From Rubripirellula sp. (lineage in GTDB: Bacteria > Planctomycetota > Planctomycetia > Pirellulales > Pirellulaceae), in the NCBI GenBank assembly GCA_965216875.1, contig OZ244207.1, forward strand, positions 3,840,001 through 3,904,000: 64,000 bases of DNA, given 5' to 3'. Made by a program: the position numbers and the translations under genes. Positions 49,091 to 60,428 of the stretch are shown piece by piece (the stretch's first letter is position 1; each line of letters starts with the position of its first letter). Under the pieces are notes generated by a model. That model saw only the letters and a program-made list of their open reading frames with translations, was not told the DNA's origin and made no database searches.

Positions 49091-49825
49091 CTAGTTGGAT
49101 TCTCGCCGAGTCAATTCATCACGTAGCTGTGCGGCCAGCTCGTATTGTTCCTGAGCCACCGCGTCGGCAAGCTTCTCTTTCAGTGTTTGCCCCACCGAGT
49201 ACTCGCTGCGCAGTGATTCCCGAAGCTCGACCAAGCGAACGACCAATTCGTCGTCTTCAAAATGCTCTTCGGCATCATGCTTGACGAAGAACTGCCGGAT
49301 GCGTTCAAGCCCCGAATTGATCGCCTGGACCGCTTCCTCGGCCGTGTTCTCTTCGAGTTCACCGAGCGCCTCGGCCTGCGTTCGATGGAACAGGACAAAG
49401 GGACGGTACTGTTCGTGAGTCCCCGCCCATTCTTCATCGGGGCTCATCTTGTCGCTGATGTCCATCAACCGAAGCGTATGATCGGCATCCATGACGGCGC
49501 GATGATAGTACTGAAGTCGCAACCAGCAGATTCGACGGTGGTAAAACTGCATGAACTCACGATCGACTTCGGAACACTCGTCTTCAGTCAGAATGTGCTC
49601 TGGATTCTTGAGGTGTTTGTCCTGCAGTCGCTCAAGGTAGGTCTCGTACTCTTCGTACTGAACTCCGTCAGGGCGCCCCGTCGTTTCCAATTGCAAGATC
49701 CCCATGTCGACGCGCATTTGAATCACGTCTCGACCATCTTTCCCTTTGACCAAACGCACATTGAGCGTGGCCGGGTCAAAGGCCCAATTGGAGAGGAGGT
49801 CGTCGAGGTGCATTTGTCGCTTCAT
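49091..49825 (-). CDS. UvrB/UvrC-motif-containing conserved protein
   Basis: IQMRVDMGILQLETTGRPDG, DREFMQFYHR; terminal LADAVAQEQYELAAQLRDEL. Confidence 0.85.
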   Translation of the reverse strand: MKRQMHLDDLLSNWAFDPATLNVRLVKGKDGRDVIQMRVDMGILQLETTGRPDGVQYEEYETYLERLQDKHLKNPEHILTEDECSEVDREFMQFYHRRICWLRLQYYHRAVMDADHTLRLMDISDKMSPDEEWAGTHEQYRPFVLFHRTQAEALGELEENTAEEAVQAINSGLERIRQFFVKHDAEEHFEDDELVVRLVELRESLRSEYSVGQTLKEKLADAVAQEQYELAAQLRDELTRRESN

Positions 49826-50072
49826 CAATCCGTTCACAACCGATCAGGGAAATCACAACCCAAGGGTGTGGGCCGTGTCGCATTAGTCCGTCAGTGCGGG
49901 AATGGGCCAAATGGTCAGCCCCCCGCAACGAACGAGTATAGCAGCGACATTTTTTCGTTGAAGGATTGACATTTGATTGCTGGCAACTTGCGCAAGTCGG
50001 CGGCAACAGGGAATTTCGCCCCCCCAAGGGGATACCAAACGGCGGAGATCAAATCGCAAACCCGATTCCAGA

Positions 50073-50504
50073 CTAGTCGTCTCGAAAATTGGTTCGACGC
50101 GACTGCTTCTTTTGAGAGTTCTTGCGTTTTTGGTCGAGCCTTCGTCGCTGGCTCGAACGAGAGGGGCGAGTCGCCTTGCGTGCCTTTGGCGCAGCTTGGC
50201 AATCAAGCAACATACTGACAAGCTTTTGTCGCACATCGCCGCGGTTCCTCGCCTGATCACGAAACCGCTCGCTGTGCAAAACGATCTCGCCTTCGCGATT
50301 GATACGACTTGCATACCGAGCCTCGAAGCGTCGCAACCACGACACGTCAACGCTCGCCAACCGCGCAACCGCCCACCGCAAAGTGACTTTTGAATTCACT
50401 TTGTTGACGTTCTGACCACCCGGACCGCTGCTTCTGGCAACGGTCATCTTGATTTCGTCTTCGGGGATCGTCAGCCGTGAGTTGACGTAAAGGTTCGACA
50501 TCAT
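50073..50504 (-). CDS. arfB: Alternative ribosome-rescue peptidyl-tRNA hydrolase
   Basis: RSSGPGGQNVNKVNSKV, RDQARN, basic C-terminal tail. Confidence 0.95.
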   Translation of the reverse strand: MMSNLYVNSRLTIPEDEIKMTVARSSGPGGQNVNKVNSKVTLRWAVARLASVDVSWLRRFEARYASRINREGEIVLHSERFRDQARNRGDVRQKLVSMLLDCQAAPKARKATRPSRSSQRRRLDQKRKNSQKKQSRRTNFRDD

Positions 50505-50731
50505 TCCAAGCGTACTCTAACGCAATGAGTGTGGACTCAAAAAGTCCATACACTTCCATTCCGATACGCGACACCGCCTATGCTAGAATTGTTCGCGCTC
50601 AACAAAGCAAAAACTTGCGGCGTCGAACACGCGATCTGCCCCCGCCACTTGTCCCAGCCACATGCCCTAAGCAGTCGTGTCCTGACAGCTCAAACCGAAA
50701 CCCACGTTTGGCCAACTTGATGGAGTGACCG

Positions 50732-51250
50732 ATGCTCTGCCCCGTCTGCTCACACAGTTTGAAAGCGTCTCGCTACGAAGGCTTGCCCGTCTTTCGTTGC
50801 GAGTCATGCCACGGGTATCTGGTCGCTTCGCGGCGGGTGACGGACATCCAACGACGCAACACCACGCCAACTGCGGACTTGGTTGCCACCGCAGATGTCA
50901 AAAGCGAACACGACAGTCTCGGCAAATTGAAGTGCCCCCGTTGCCGCCGCGACATGGAGAAAGAGTTACACGAATCGCAACCACCATTCCACATCGACAA
51001 GTGCAGCGATTGTGACTTTGTCTGGTTTGACGTTGGCGAGTTAGAACGCACACAACTTGAATACGAGGTATCGCCTCACGGAATGGAAGCCGCACGAATG
51101 CGAGAACGACATGAAAACATGTCCGAAGAACAAAAAGAGGTCTTTGCCGAGAATCTGGCGAAACTTCCCGAAGGTGACGCCTCGCTCGTTTCAGCCTTCG
51201 GCAAAGGCCTGATCGGAACCTTGACCGACCTGCTACGTGGACGCTGGTGA
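50732..51250 (+). CDS. Double zinc-ribbon (zf-TFIIB-like) protein
   Basis: CPVC..CESC and CPRC..IDKCSDC.FVWFDVGEL. Confidence 0.8.
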   Translation: MLCPVCSHSLKASRYEGLPVFRCESCHGYLVASRRVTDIQRRNTTPTADLVATADVKSEHDSLGKLKCPRCRRDMEKELHESQPPFHIDKCSDCDFVWFDVGELERTQLEYEVSPHGMEAARMRERHENMSEEQKEVFAENLAKLPEGDASLVSAFGKGLIGTLTDLLRGRW

Positions 51251-51255
51251 GCATC

Positions 51256-53259
51256 ATGCGAGATCACAGCCAACACTTGCTCTTACTGATCGCGTTGTTC
51301 GCGGCTTCCCTCTCGATGACCAACGAATGCCATGGGGAAGTTGGCGACGTCTTACTCAGCACCGATCATCCGCTCTACCCTGGCGAAGGCGAGTTCCAAA
51401 CGCCCACAGATTGCGTGCGATGGGCAACGCGAAACGCAACGACCAACCATGATCGTTCGCTTGCAATCTTCCGCTACCTACTGACGCACCAATGGCATCT
51501 CCATTCACCTCAGGAATGGAATCAACCGGGCAGCACCCCGGGCAAAGACCAGCAAAACTACGAGATGGTCGTCTACGATGCGAACAAGGGTCGCTTCTCC
51601 TACGGATACGGTCTGTGTGGGACCGTCCATGCTTGGAACGAACCTTACTGGAAAGCAGCCGGATTCCTTGCACGCCGACGAGCCTTTCCTGGCCACACCA
51701 ATAGTGAAGTGCTGATCGATGACCGTTGGCGCATGTTCGATACGGACATGGCCGGCATCGTCCTGGATCGATCAGGCCAAGTGGTTGGCTACGATGAAAT
51801 TGCAAACAACGTCAATCTGTTGGATCAACAGCAGGGTCACCCGCACTATCCCTTTGCGTGGCCATCTGACTTCAACACCATGAAAAAGGGCTGGCAACAA
51901 ATCGCCAAAGGCGGGAATTGGTATCGCCTTTACCATGGTGGCTATGCCGCGCAGCCCGGCGTCGTCCACCTGCGCAGCGGTGAGAGCTTTAAACGCTACG
52001 CTCACCCAGACGGTTTTGGCGAGCCATCGAAACGACGTTTCTGGCATCAGCAGAAAGATGGCCCCTATCGAACCTGGACCTTCGCCGAAAGTGAATTGCC
52101 GTTTCACAACGGTGACCAATCGAATTGCCGCGGACGCGCGCGGTACGGCAATGCAGTCTTCGCCTACCACCCACAACTCGACAACGAGCGCTGCTTCGAG
52201 GGAATGGCCGAGCAAACAACCAACCTCACTGTGTCCCCAAACGGATTGCAGTCGAGTGATGGCAAGCGTGCGACTGCCATCTTCGAACACTTTTCACCCT
52301 ACGTCATTTGTGGCGACCCCGTCGATGACACCGATCCGATGCTTGGCAAAGCGACCGATGGCTTCGTCGTGGAGATTGCCAAACGAGGTAAGGTAGACAT
52401 CAAGCTGAGTGTTGATCAGGGTCAAACGTGGCACGCCGTCGAGGTCAACCAAGATCGTGAGCGTCTCGATCTGACCGAGCTCACCAAAGGACGGTACGGA
52501 TGGCAAGTACGTCTCGATATCGATGCCGATGCTGCAGTGACGCAAATTCGGTTCACGACGACCTGTCAAATGTGTCAGTCGATTTACCCGCGGCTAAAGC
52601 CAAAGGGAAGCGTGGTCACCTACCGCACGAATGGTCAAAGCGTCGTTCCAATCTTGCCGCGACTTCAAGACAAGGATGAAACGGAAACGCGATTCGAAAA
52701 GCGAGACCTTCGCACGGATAATCTCGACTTTGTCGGCTTGTCGCCGAAAGAACGCTACGCTTACAAGACCCGAAGACCGAAACCGGCCGAACTTGTCTTT
52801 CGCATTCCTAGCCGTACACCGCTGGTTGGTGTTTCAGCCGCTGCGCGGTATCGCGTGCGTTCGCCCAGCCCACCCCACTCGCGGTTTTGGCTTGATGTCT
52901 CGACCGATGGCGGCGAATCATGGAAACCGCTGGGCGAGTCATCGCCCCCCGAGGACAACGAGTATTCAAGTGGCTGGGTTTACGGCAGCTCCTCATGGAA
53001 ATCGCCGGAATCCAAGGAAGCACTCGTTCGCGTGGGCCTCGATGGCGGCGGGTATGGATCGGCACTGCTGGCCGCCGAGTTGTATGGTCTAAGACAGACC
53101 GCCAACGATTCTCCTGTCACCATCACGTACAGCTGGTTCGAAGGCGACCAAGAGCGAACCGATCGCTGGCGCGTCCCACCCGGACAACGCTCACTAAGCC
53201 ACCAAGTCCCAACCGGCCAAACTGTCCGCGACAACTACGTCCTGATCGAGGTGAAGTAG
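51256..53259 (+). CDS. Secreted protein with transglutaminase/papain-like N-terminal domain and beta-rich C-terminal domains
   Basis: Signal peptide; [14 protein letters not shown] and WRMFDTD give a Cys-His-Asp pattern; SVDQGQTW and STDGGESW Asp-box-like motifs; GTG 51247 is an alternative start. Confidence 0.7.
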   Translation: MRDHSQHLLLLIALFAASLSMTNECHGEVGDVLLSTDHPLYPGEGEFQTPTDCVRWATRNATTNHDRSLAIFRYLLTHQWHLHSPQEWNQPGSTPGKDQQNYEMVVYDANKGRFSYGYGLCGTVHAWNEPYWKAAGFLARRRAFPGHTNSEVLIDDRWRMFDTDMAGIVLDRSGQVVGYDEIANNVNLLDQQQGHPHYPFAWPSDFNTMKKGWQQIAKGGNWYRLYHGGYAAQPGVVHLRSGESFKRYAHPDGFGEPSKRRFWHQQKDGPYRTWTFAESELPFHNGDQSNCRGRARYGNAVFAYHPQLDNERCFEGMAEQTTNLTVSPNGLQSSDGKRATAIFEHFSPYVICGDPVDDTDPMLGKATDGFVVEIAKRGKVDIKLSVDQGQTWHAVEVNQDRERLDLTELTKGRYGWQVRLDIDADAAVTQIRFTTTCQMCQSIYPRLKPKGSVVTYRTNGQSVVPILPRLQDKDETETRFEKRDLRTDNLDFVGLSPKERYAYKTRRPKPAELVFRIPSRTPLVGVSAAARYRVRSPSPPHSRFWLDVSTDGGESWKPLGESSPPEDNEYSSGWVYGSSSWKSPESKEALVRVGLDGGGYGSALLAAELYGLRQTANDSPVTITYSWFEGDQERTDRWRVPPGQRSLSHQVPTGQTVRDNYVLIEVK

Positions 53260-53348
53260 AGCGGGGCAGGGGATGCCGACCCTACTCAAGTGTGAACCCG
53301 CGACTACAATTCGCGTTTCCCATTTCTAAAGTCGCATTTTTTGAAACC

Positions 53349-53627
53349 ATGCAAGTTAACGAATACTTCGACGGCAACGTTAAATCGATCGCTTTTCAAA
53401 ACTCCGACGGAAAGGCCACTGCGGGCGTGATGGCCGTTGGCCAATACGAGTTTGGCACGAGCGAACATGAAGTGATGAAAATCGTTTCGGGCGAATTGTC
53501 CGTACGACTTCCCAACAGCGAAGCGTTCGAAACCTTTTCAGGCGGTCAACAATTCGAGGTCGCAGCCGGCCAGAAGTTCCAGGTCGATGTCAAACAAGAA
53601 ACGGCCTACGTTTGCTTCTATGGCTAA
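53349..53627 (+). CDS. ppnP: Pyrimidine/purine nucleoside phosphorylase (YaiE/DUF1255)
   Basis: [30 protein letters not shown], terminal YVCFYG. Confidence 0.93.
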   Translation: MQVNEYFDGNVKSIAFQNSDGKATAGVMAVGQYEFGTSEHEVMKIVSGELSVRLPNSEAFETFSGGQQFEVAAGQKFQVDVKQETAYVCFYG

Positions 53628-53895
53628 CCGCCATTTTGCGTCCATTGAACCATGAAGCTCGCATGATGACTTCTTTAGTGTTTGATGATCCTGGGCTGCA
53701 CCGTCTTTCCATTTCGATTCACGAAGACGCTTCGTTCACGGTTTCCACAACGAGATCTTCACCGTCTCGCCATTGGAACGTTGCCTAACCTTCGCCTGAC
53801 ACTCACAAGGTCTTCAGAAACGGCTCGTAGTCTCTTTCAGAGAACAAGCGTTGATCCCATCAGCGCGTTCCCTGCTCAAATCAAGAGAGACGATA

Positions 53896-54927
53896 ATGGC
53901 TGTATCTGCACCAAGTGCGCCCGCGCGGGACAATTGCCCAACAATCAACCGCCCCGGGGTCGTCCATACCGAAACAACGCCGGTCATGATCATTGGGCAT
54001 GGAAGCTCGGGCACAAGCATCCTGACGGACCTATTGCGTGAGCATTTGCAGATCGCATTTGGCACCGAAAGCCAATTCGTTGTTCGTTTCTATCAGAATC
54101 TCTGGCGCTACGGCGACCTCCGCAACGATGCGTCTTTGCAGTCCCTCGTGTCGCACCTCCTCGGGGAACGCTGGTTCAAGCGTTCAGCTCAATTTGGGTT
54201 CCGTACTGACGTCGAATCGATTTGTAGCCGAGTCAAGGACCGAACTTATCGCGGTGTACTTGACGCGGTGTTCGGTGAATTCGCTGATCAAGTTGGCAAA
54301 GTGCGTTGGGGCGACAAAACGCCTGGCTATCTGCGGCATCTCGACGTGTTAGCGGAGCTCTTTCCCGAAGCCAAGTACATTCATGTCATCCGCGACGGGC
54401 GCGACGTCGCGCTATCGCTCATGAGTCGCCATTTTGGTGCAAACAACGTCTTTCTCGCAGCACACGATTGGAGTGAGATGGTCGAACGTGGAGACGCATT
54501 CGCTTCGATGATGCCCAGCGAACAACTCATTGAAGTCCGGTACGAAGACCTTCTCGATAGGCCCGGAGACACCTTCGCGCGGCTTGTGGAGTTCCTGCGC
54601 ATTGACGACGCCAATGGTCGACTGATTGATCACCTTTCCAAGGTGATCCCCGAAAAACTCAATCAAAACAACCACGGGAAGTGGAAAACGAAACTCACCG
54701 CGAAACAAACTCACGCGTTCGACCGAATCGCTTGCGAGCAACTCCTCCGCCACCAGTATCCGTCCACGGTACCCTCGCCGCGGCAAACATCCACCAGTGC
54801 CGAGCGACTGTATTGGAAAACACATGACCGAATTTGCCGCTGGTCACAACGTGAGTATTGGAAGGACAACCTTTACAAAGCGACGTTGAGACTGAAGCGA
54901 CTCGGTCGAGCACGCAACAACAATTGA
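53896..54927 (+). CDS. Sulfotransferase family protein
   Basis: 5'-PSB GHGSSGTSIL, WGDKTP, 3'-PB IHVIRDGRDVALS, VRYEDL; start uncertain. Confidence 0.9.
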   Translation: MAVSAPSAPARDNCPTINRPGVVHTETTPVMIIGHGSSGTSILTDLLREHLQIAFGTESQFVVRFYQNLWRYGDLRNDASLQSLVSHLLGERWFKRSAQFGFRTDVESICSRVKDRTYRGVLDAVFGEFADQVGKVRWGDKTPGYLRHLDVLAELFPEAKYIHVIRDGRDVALSLMSRHFGANNVFLAAHDWSEMVERGDAFASMMPSEQLIEVRYEDLLDRPGDTFARLVEFLRIDDANGRLIDHLSKVIPEKLNQNNHGKWKTKLTAKQTHAFDRIACEQLLRHQYPSTVPSPRQTSTSAERLYWKTHDRICRWSQREYWKDNLYKATLRLKRLGRARNNN

Positions 54928-54965
54928 ACGATACGATCTCCATAAGCAGGCACATGGCACTGCCG

Positions 54966-55811
54966 TCATGCTGCGCTGCGCCGAAATGTCGAAAAGAATC
55001 GTCTTACTGAACGTTTCGGAAGGGGTTCGATAAGATCTCCACGAAACACCGATGCGGGGTTGTCTCGGAAGAGTGCTGTCGCCAACAGTTCGTCTTCCCA
55101 CGACGCGACACGCTGCCATGCTGCTGCCAGCGTCGCAGGCTGATTGCCCGGAAGACTCGTCGCCGCTTCGGCAACGTTGGACTCGTCAACACTCGCGTGG
55201 TGAATAGGTGCCTGGCCTGTGGCAACAAGGTGACAAAGACGGCTGCGGATCAGCCGGCGACAAAACCTTAGCGTGTCACGATCGGGTGGCTCACAAATGC
55301 TGGCGGTAGAAAGTTGCAGTCGGCCGCCGAGCTTGACGATGGCGTCAACCTCCGAAGGGTCCTGCCGAAACCGGGCAACGCGCTCGGGTGAAACAATGAT
55401 CGGTGTCAGCCTCATTCGCCGGATCGCGTCGACGACCGGTAACACGGGCGCGGTGTTGTCATGTGCCACACGAAGAAACACATAGTGTCTCGAAACGCCC
55501 CCAAGCACAGTCGCCGTGTGAATGATGTGATCGAACAGCTCTGAATGCATCTCCAGCTCAACGCAAGGCGTGACCTGAAGACCGAGCTCTTGCTGTCGTA
55601 ACAACTCCTGCATCTGAGGGACGCGCCGGCGCAACAGGTCAAGTTGCTTACGCGGCGTGGTCACCACCGCTTTTTCAACGCCCTGACTCCGAAGCGTCCT
55701 GGCACGTTCGAGGGTCGCCCCCCAATCAATCCGCCCTGAGCTCCCAGCTGAAATCAGCTGCGCATTGCAATCCACGAGCCCCGCTGGGCTGGTAGGGTTT
55801 CCACTCCTCAT
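54966..55811 (-). CDS. CpsB/CapC (YwqE)-like PHP-fold protein, metal ligands degenerate
   Basis: Order and spacing match CpsB (VD.., GV..AVVTTP, TPIIVSPER, LQLST.S, CHLVAT, DNP), but the His/Asp ligands are replaced. Confidence 0.7.
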   Translation of the reverse strand: MRSGNPTSPAGLVDCNAQLISAGSSGRIDWGATLERARTLRSQGVEKAVVTTPRKQLDLLRRRVPQMQELLRQQELGLQVTPCVELEMHSELFDHIIHTATVLGGVSRHYVFLRVAHDNTAPVLPVVDAIRRMRLTPIIVSPERVARFRQDPSEVDAIVKLGGRLQLSTASICEPPDRDTLRFCRRLIRSRLCHLVATGQAPIHHASVDESNVAEAATSLPGNQPATLAAAWQRVASWEDELLATALFRDNPASVFRGDLIEPLPKRSVRRFFSTFRRSAA

Positions 55812-56157
55812 CTCGCTGCCCCGGATAGGAATTGGGTCTGTTTGGTTTGGCTTGGCTGCTTCACTCGGTTATGCTGATACACATCACCCACCTGACTGTT
55901 TAGTTATCGACCGCGATCCCACCTGCGGTCGCTCCCGTTTCCAACGCAAATCACTGGATTTCGGGTTTCAGCAAACACAATGCCATCCAATCCCTGAGGC
56001 AAGGTTTGCGTGACCAATTCAGCCCACCCGCGCGTTGCACTGATCGAAAGGGCAAGAAACTGCCATCGTGACTTCTCGATTCAGAAATGAAGCCTTGCTG
56101 CGGCTGGCCGCAGTGCGCGATTCCCTGGCAATCGTCCTGCGACGTTGCTGTGTCTTG

Positions 56158-58857
56158 ATGCAATTCCCATTGCTGGTATATCGAACCAGGTCCGTCATCC
56201 GCATGGGGCTGGTCTTTGCGATGGCTGTTGCTTGCGTCACCGGTCAAGTCAACGCGGATGAGGAAGCTCCTGCAAAGCCTCTGCCCAAAGAGCAACTCGA
56301 TTTCTTTGAGTCAAAGATCCGGCCACTGTTGATCGAACGTTGCTACGATTGCCACTCTCAAGAATCAGGCGAATCGGAGGCAGAGCTTGATGTCGATTCA
56401 GCCGACGCTCTTCGTCGCGGCGGAGTAAGCGGTCCAGCGTTGGTCCCACACAAGGTTGACCAAAGCCTGCTGATCCGCGCGATTCGGTATGACAACTCGA
56501 AGCTGCAGATGCCACCGGACGAGAAATTGTCCGTGGACGAAATCAAGGCTCTCGAAGAATGGGTAGCGATGGGTGCGCCGGATCCACGAACGGCCACACC
56601 GACCGCCGCCGCAAACTCAACCAAAGCGATCTCGCCGCTTGACCGAGATCCGAAATCACATTGGGCATTCAACGTTCCGAAGAGGGCAAGGTTTGATCAG
56701 CAGGTCGACTCGCGTGCCCGCGACGTTGTGGATGCCTTCGCGATCGAGCGTGCGAAATTGGCATCGCTCCCGCTGAACGAAGAAGCGGACAAAGCAACGT
56801 TGATCCGTCGCCTCTATTTCGACCTAACAGGCTTGCCACCGACCAAGTCCGAAGTGGATCGATTCGTTGCTGATGATCACCCCACAGCGTACCGTCGGTT
56901 GGTTGATCGGCTGCTTGCGACGCCCGATTTTGGTCAGAGATTTGCGCGCCACTGGATGGACGTCTCTCGCTATGCCGACACGCTCGGTTACGCGACCGCC
57001 GGAAAAACGCGTCGGCACACTGGCAGCGAACGCTTCCGCGACTGGGCAATTGCCGCCTTCGCCAGCGACATGCCTTACGACGAAATGTTGCGGCACCAAC
57101 TCGCTGGTGATCGCACCGATCCCAAGAATGCGGAAGGCAATCTTGATGCGATGGGATTCATGACGTTGGGACGCAAGTTCTTGAACCCACTCGATACCAT
57201 TGACGACCGAATCGATGTGATCAGTCGCGGTTTGCTTGGCATGACCGTCACCTGTGCCCGCTGCCACGACCACAAGTTTGATCCCATCTCGATGAGCGAC
57301 TACTACTCACTTGGCGGGATCATCTCCAGCAGTCAGCAACCTAAGGAAGGCGCGAGCCCGCTGATGATGGTCGACAAGGCCAAACCGGTCGACAGCCCCG
57401 TGTTGATTCGCGGACAAGCGGGAAATCGCGGACCAATCGCTCCACGACAATACCTCACCGCGCTTCGCAGCACGGACGACAAACGCTTTAGTGATGGAAG
57501 CGGACGCTGGGAATTGGTTCAACGGATTGCGAGCTCGGACAATCCACTGACCGCACGCGTGATGGTCAATCGATTGTGGGGACATCTGATTGGCAAGGCG
57601 CTGGTCGATTCGCCTAGCGACTTTGGATTTCGCACTCAACCTCCGCAAGTTCCCGAGATCCTGGATGATCTTGCGGCTGAGTTTTCAGAGCACTGGAGTA
57701 TCAAACGGGTGATTCGACGGATCGTCATGACCCGCGTCTATCGTCAAACCGCAAGGGTGACTGACGAGGCGTTGCAGAAAGACCCCGACAACGGACTACT
57801 CGCGCGAGCCAACCGCAGACGCCGCGATTTTGAATCACTCCGCGACTCGTTGCTTTACGTCTGTGATTCCATGGACCAACGACTCGGCGGAGAACCAGTC
57901 GAAATCACGCTCGACACACCGAGCCCAAGACGCACGGTCTATGCGATGATCGATCGCCAGAACCTGCCCTCCATTTTCCGGACGTTCGATTTTGCAAGCC
58001 CCGACGCGCACACCCCCAAACGGTACTTCACCACCGTCCCGCAACAAGCGTTGCATTTGCTAAACAGCAAACAGAGTTTCGATCTCGCGCGTCGTGCAGC
58101 GGCGTCGATCACGCGCGACGAACAAGTCGTCACGCCCGGCGATCGAGCCAAAGCGGTCTTTGTTCGCATCCTTGGCCGCGCGCCCAACGCCGAGGAACTC
58201 GGTGCGGCAACCGCTTTCCTCGAAACTCCCATCACGCCCCCTCAAGCATCCATCGACCCACGCTCGTTGTGGAGCTACGGCACGGGCAAAATCGATCTTG
58301 AAAAAGGCGTGACCGAATTTGACCCGTTCCGTGTCTTTCAAGACAGCCGATGGCAATTCGCCAAAGAGTTTCCTGCCGGCGGAACAATGGGACATGCCTA
58401 TTTGGGCAAAGAAACGGGGCATACCGCAACCGACCAAGCGATCGGTGTCGTACGTCGTTTCACCGCTCCGTTTGACGGCCAGGTCCGCCTGATTGGCATG
58501 ATGGGGCACCGCAGCAAAAAAGGAGATGGAGTCGAAGCGAAGATTTGGGTCGGCGAAAAACGCCTCTTTCAAGGAAAACAAAAGAGCAACAATCGTCCCT
58601 ATGGGCCCCTGAAATACCGGATCAAAAAGGGACAAACCGTTGACCTCGTCGCGATGTGCGGCGAATCCTCTTCCTTCGACACGTTTTTTTGGAACGTCCG
58701 TATCAAGCTGACAGGACCCGAAGGACAAATCGTCGAAACCGATTCGATCAAACACTTCAGTGGGCCCTTCGACATCGAGAACAACAAACCGCTTGATCGC
58801 CTTTCGCAGCTTGCCCAAACGCTGCTCATGAGTAACGAATTCGCCTTTGTCGACTAG
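56158..58857 (+). CDS. Planctomycete cytochrome c + DUF1549 + DUF1553 (PSCyt1/PSCyt2/PSD1) protein
   Basis: FFESKIRPLLIERCYDCH, LIRRLYFDLTGLPP, CARCHDHKFDPI, NPLTARVMVNRLW, VPQQAL, SNEFAFVD; start uncertain (56158 or 56203). Confidence 0.93.
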   Translation: MQFPLLVYRTRSVIRMGLVFAMAVACVTGQVNADEEAPAKPLPKEQLDFFESKIRPLLIERCYDCHSQESGESEAELDVDSADALRRGGVSGPALVPHKVDQSLLIRAIRYDNSKLQMPPDEKLSVDEIKALEEWVAMGAPDPRTATPTAAANSTKAISPLDRDPKSHWAFNVPKRARFDQQVDSRARDVVDAFAIERAKLASLPLNEEADKATLIRRLYFDLTGLPPTKSEVDRFVADDHPTAYRRLVDRLLATPDFGQRFARHWMDVSRYADTLGYATAGKTRRHTGSERFRDWAIAAFASDMPYDEMLRHQLAGDRTDPKNAEGNLDAMGFMTLGRKFLNPLDTIDDRIDVISRGLLGMTVTCARCHDHKFDPISMSDYYSLGGIISSSQQPKEGASPLMMVDKAKPVDSPVLIRGQAGNRGPIAPRQYLTALRSTDDKRFSDGSGRWELVQRIASSDNPLTARVMVNRLWGHLIGKALVDSPSDFGFRTQPPQVPEILDDLAAEFSEHWSIKRVIRRIVMTRVYRQTARVTDEALQKDPDNGLLARANRRRRDFESLRDSLLYVCDSMDQRLGGEPVEITLDTPSPRRTVYAMIDRQNLPSIFRTFDFASPDAHTPKRYFTTVPQQALHLLNSKQSFDLARRAAASITRDEQVVTPGDRAKAVFVRILGRAPNAEELGAATAFLETPITPPQASIDPRSLWSYGTGKIDLEKGVTEFDPFRVFQDSRWQFAKEFPAGGTMGHAYLGKETGHTATDQAIGVVRRFTAPFDGQVRLIGMMGHRSKKGDGVEAKIWVGEKRLFQGKQKSNNRPYGPLKYRIKKGQTVDLVAMCGESSSFDTFFWNVRIKLTGPEGQIVETDSIKHFSGPFDIENNKPLDRLSQLAQTLLMSNEFAFVD

Positions 58858-58870
58858 ACAACCAATCAAA

Positions 58871-60295
58871 ATGTTTTCTTCGAACTCAGCCAACCTCTTC
58901 TCACGTCGTCAGATGCTTCGCAGTTGTGGAGTCGGTTTCGGCTCGCTCGCACTCAGTGACATGCTCGCTCGTGAGGCAAGCGCAGGTGGGAATTTCTCGG
59001 GGCAAGTACCGCTCCATTTCCCGGCTGCAAAGGCAAAACACGTGATCCACCTCTTTATGAATGGTGGCCCCAGCCACGTGGACACCTTCGACCCGAAAGA
59101 AGCACTCGACCGACTGCACGGACAATCAGCGCCCACAAAAAACTTGCGTACCGAGCGTCCCACCGGGAACGTTCTCAAGTCGCCTTACAAATTCAAACAA
59201 TACGGCGAAAGCGGCCTGCCCGTTAGCGAGCTCTTTGAACACACAGCCAAACACATCGACGACATCTGCGTGATCCGTTCGATGCACGCAGACGTACCGA
59301 ATCACGAACCGTCGCTGATGTTGATGAACACGGGCGAGTCACGTTTGGTGCGTCCAAGCATGGGATCTTGGCTGACGTACGGTCTCGGCAGCGAGAACGA
59401 AAACCTACCCGCATTCGTCGCCTTGTGCCCTGGCGGGTACCCGATCAAAGAGTCACAGAATTGGCAGAATGCATTCCTGCCTGGCAAGTACCAAGCCACC
59501 TACATCGATTCGAGTGGCGAACGCATTGAGCAATTGATCGACAACATTCGTAGCGTTGCCGTCTCGAATCGCGATCAAAGAATGCAACTCGACCTGCTGC
59601 AACAGCTCAACCAACAGCATGCTGCGCAACGACAAGGCGACGGGCGTCTGGAGTCGCGCATTGAATCGTTTGAATTGGCTTATCGGATGCAAAGCGAAGC
59701 GGCGGAGGCTTTTGACGTCGCACGCGAACCCGAAAACGTGCGTCAAATGTACGGCGACGGCGCATTCGCTCGTCAAGCGTTGATCGCGCGACGGTTGGTC
59801 GAACGCGGCGTTCGGTTTGTTCAACTCTATACGGGCGCGGGACAACCCTGGGACAATCACGATGATCTGGAAAAACGGCACCGCGAAGTCGCCAAGGGTG
59901 TGGACCAACCGATCGGAGCACTCTTGTCCGATCTGAAACGGCTTGGACTACTCGAAGAGACGCTGGTTCTTTGGGGAGGCGAATTTGGTCGAACACCGGT
60001 CGTCGAAATGCCCAAAGAAGGATCCAATCAAGGCAAGATGAACGGCCGTGACCACAACCACTACGGTTTCACATGCTGGATGGCTGGTGGTGGTGTCAAG
60101 GGCGGGCAAGCCATCGGCGCCACCGACGAACTTGGTTTTCAAGCGGTCGAAGATCGGGTACACGTGCATGACCTTCACGCGACCATTTTGCGTTTGGTTG
60201 GATACGACCACGAGAAGCTGACCTATCGTTATGCCGGCCGTGACTTCCGATTGACCGACGTCCACGGGCATGTCGTCGACAAGGTTTTGGCGTAA
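58871..60295 (+). CDS. DUF1501 domain protein with Tat signal
   Basis: SRRQML, AKHVIHLFMNGGPSHVDTFDPK, WGGEFGRTP, GRDHN, RLTDVHG. Confidence 0.94.
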   Translation: MFSSNSANLFSRRQMLRSCGVGFGSLALSDMLAREASAGGNFSGQVPLHFPAAKAKHVIHLFMNGGPSHVDTFDPKEALDRLHGQSAPTKNLRTERPTGNVLKSPYKFKQYGESGLPVSELFEHTAKHIDDICVIRSMHADVPNHEPSLMLMNTGESRLVRPSMGSWLTYGLGSENENLPAFVALCPGGYPIKESQNWQNAFLPGKYQATYIDSSGERIEQLIDNIRSVAVSNRDQRMQLDLLQQLNQQHAAQRQGDGRLESRIESFELAYRMQSEAAEAFDVAREPENVRQMYGDGAFARQALIARRLVERGVRFVQLYTGAGQPWDNHDDLEKRHREVAKGVDQPIGALLSDLKRLGLLEETLVLWGGEFGRTPVVEMPKEGSNQGKMNGRDHNHYGFTCWMAGGGVKGGQAIGATDELGFQAVEDRVHVHDLHATILRLVGYDHEKLTYRYAGRDFRLTDVHGHVVDKVLA

Positions 60296-60428
60296 CGATT
60301 GAATCCACCGAGGATACGAGGTGGATATTGATTTGCTGATAACCGGCGCAGGGCCCGTCGGTGCCATTCTTGGTTCCAGCGCACGATCTTCATCGATGAA
60401 GAGGTCGTTGCATGCGTGGTGTCGATTC

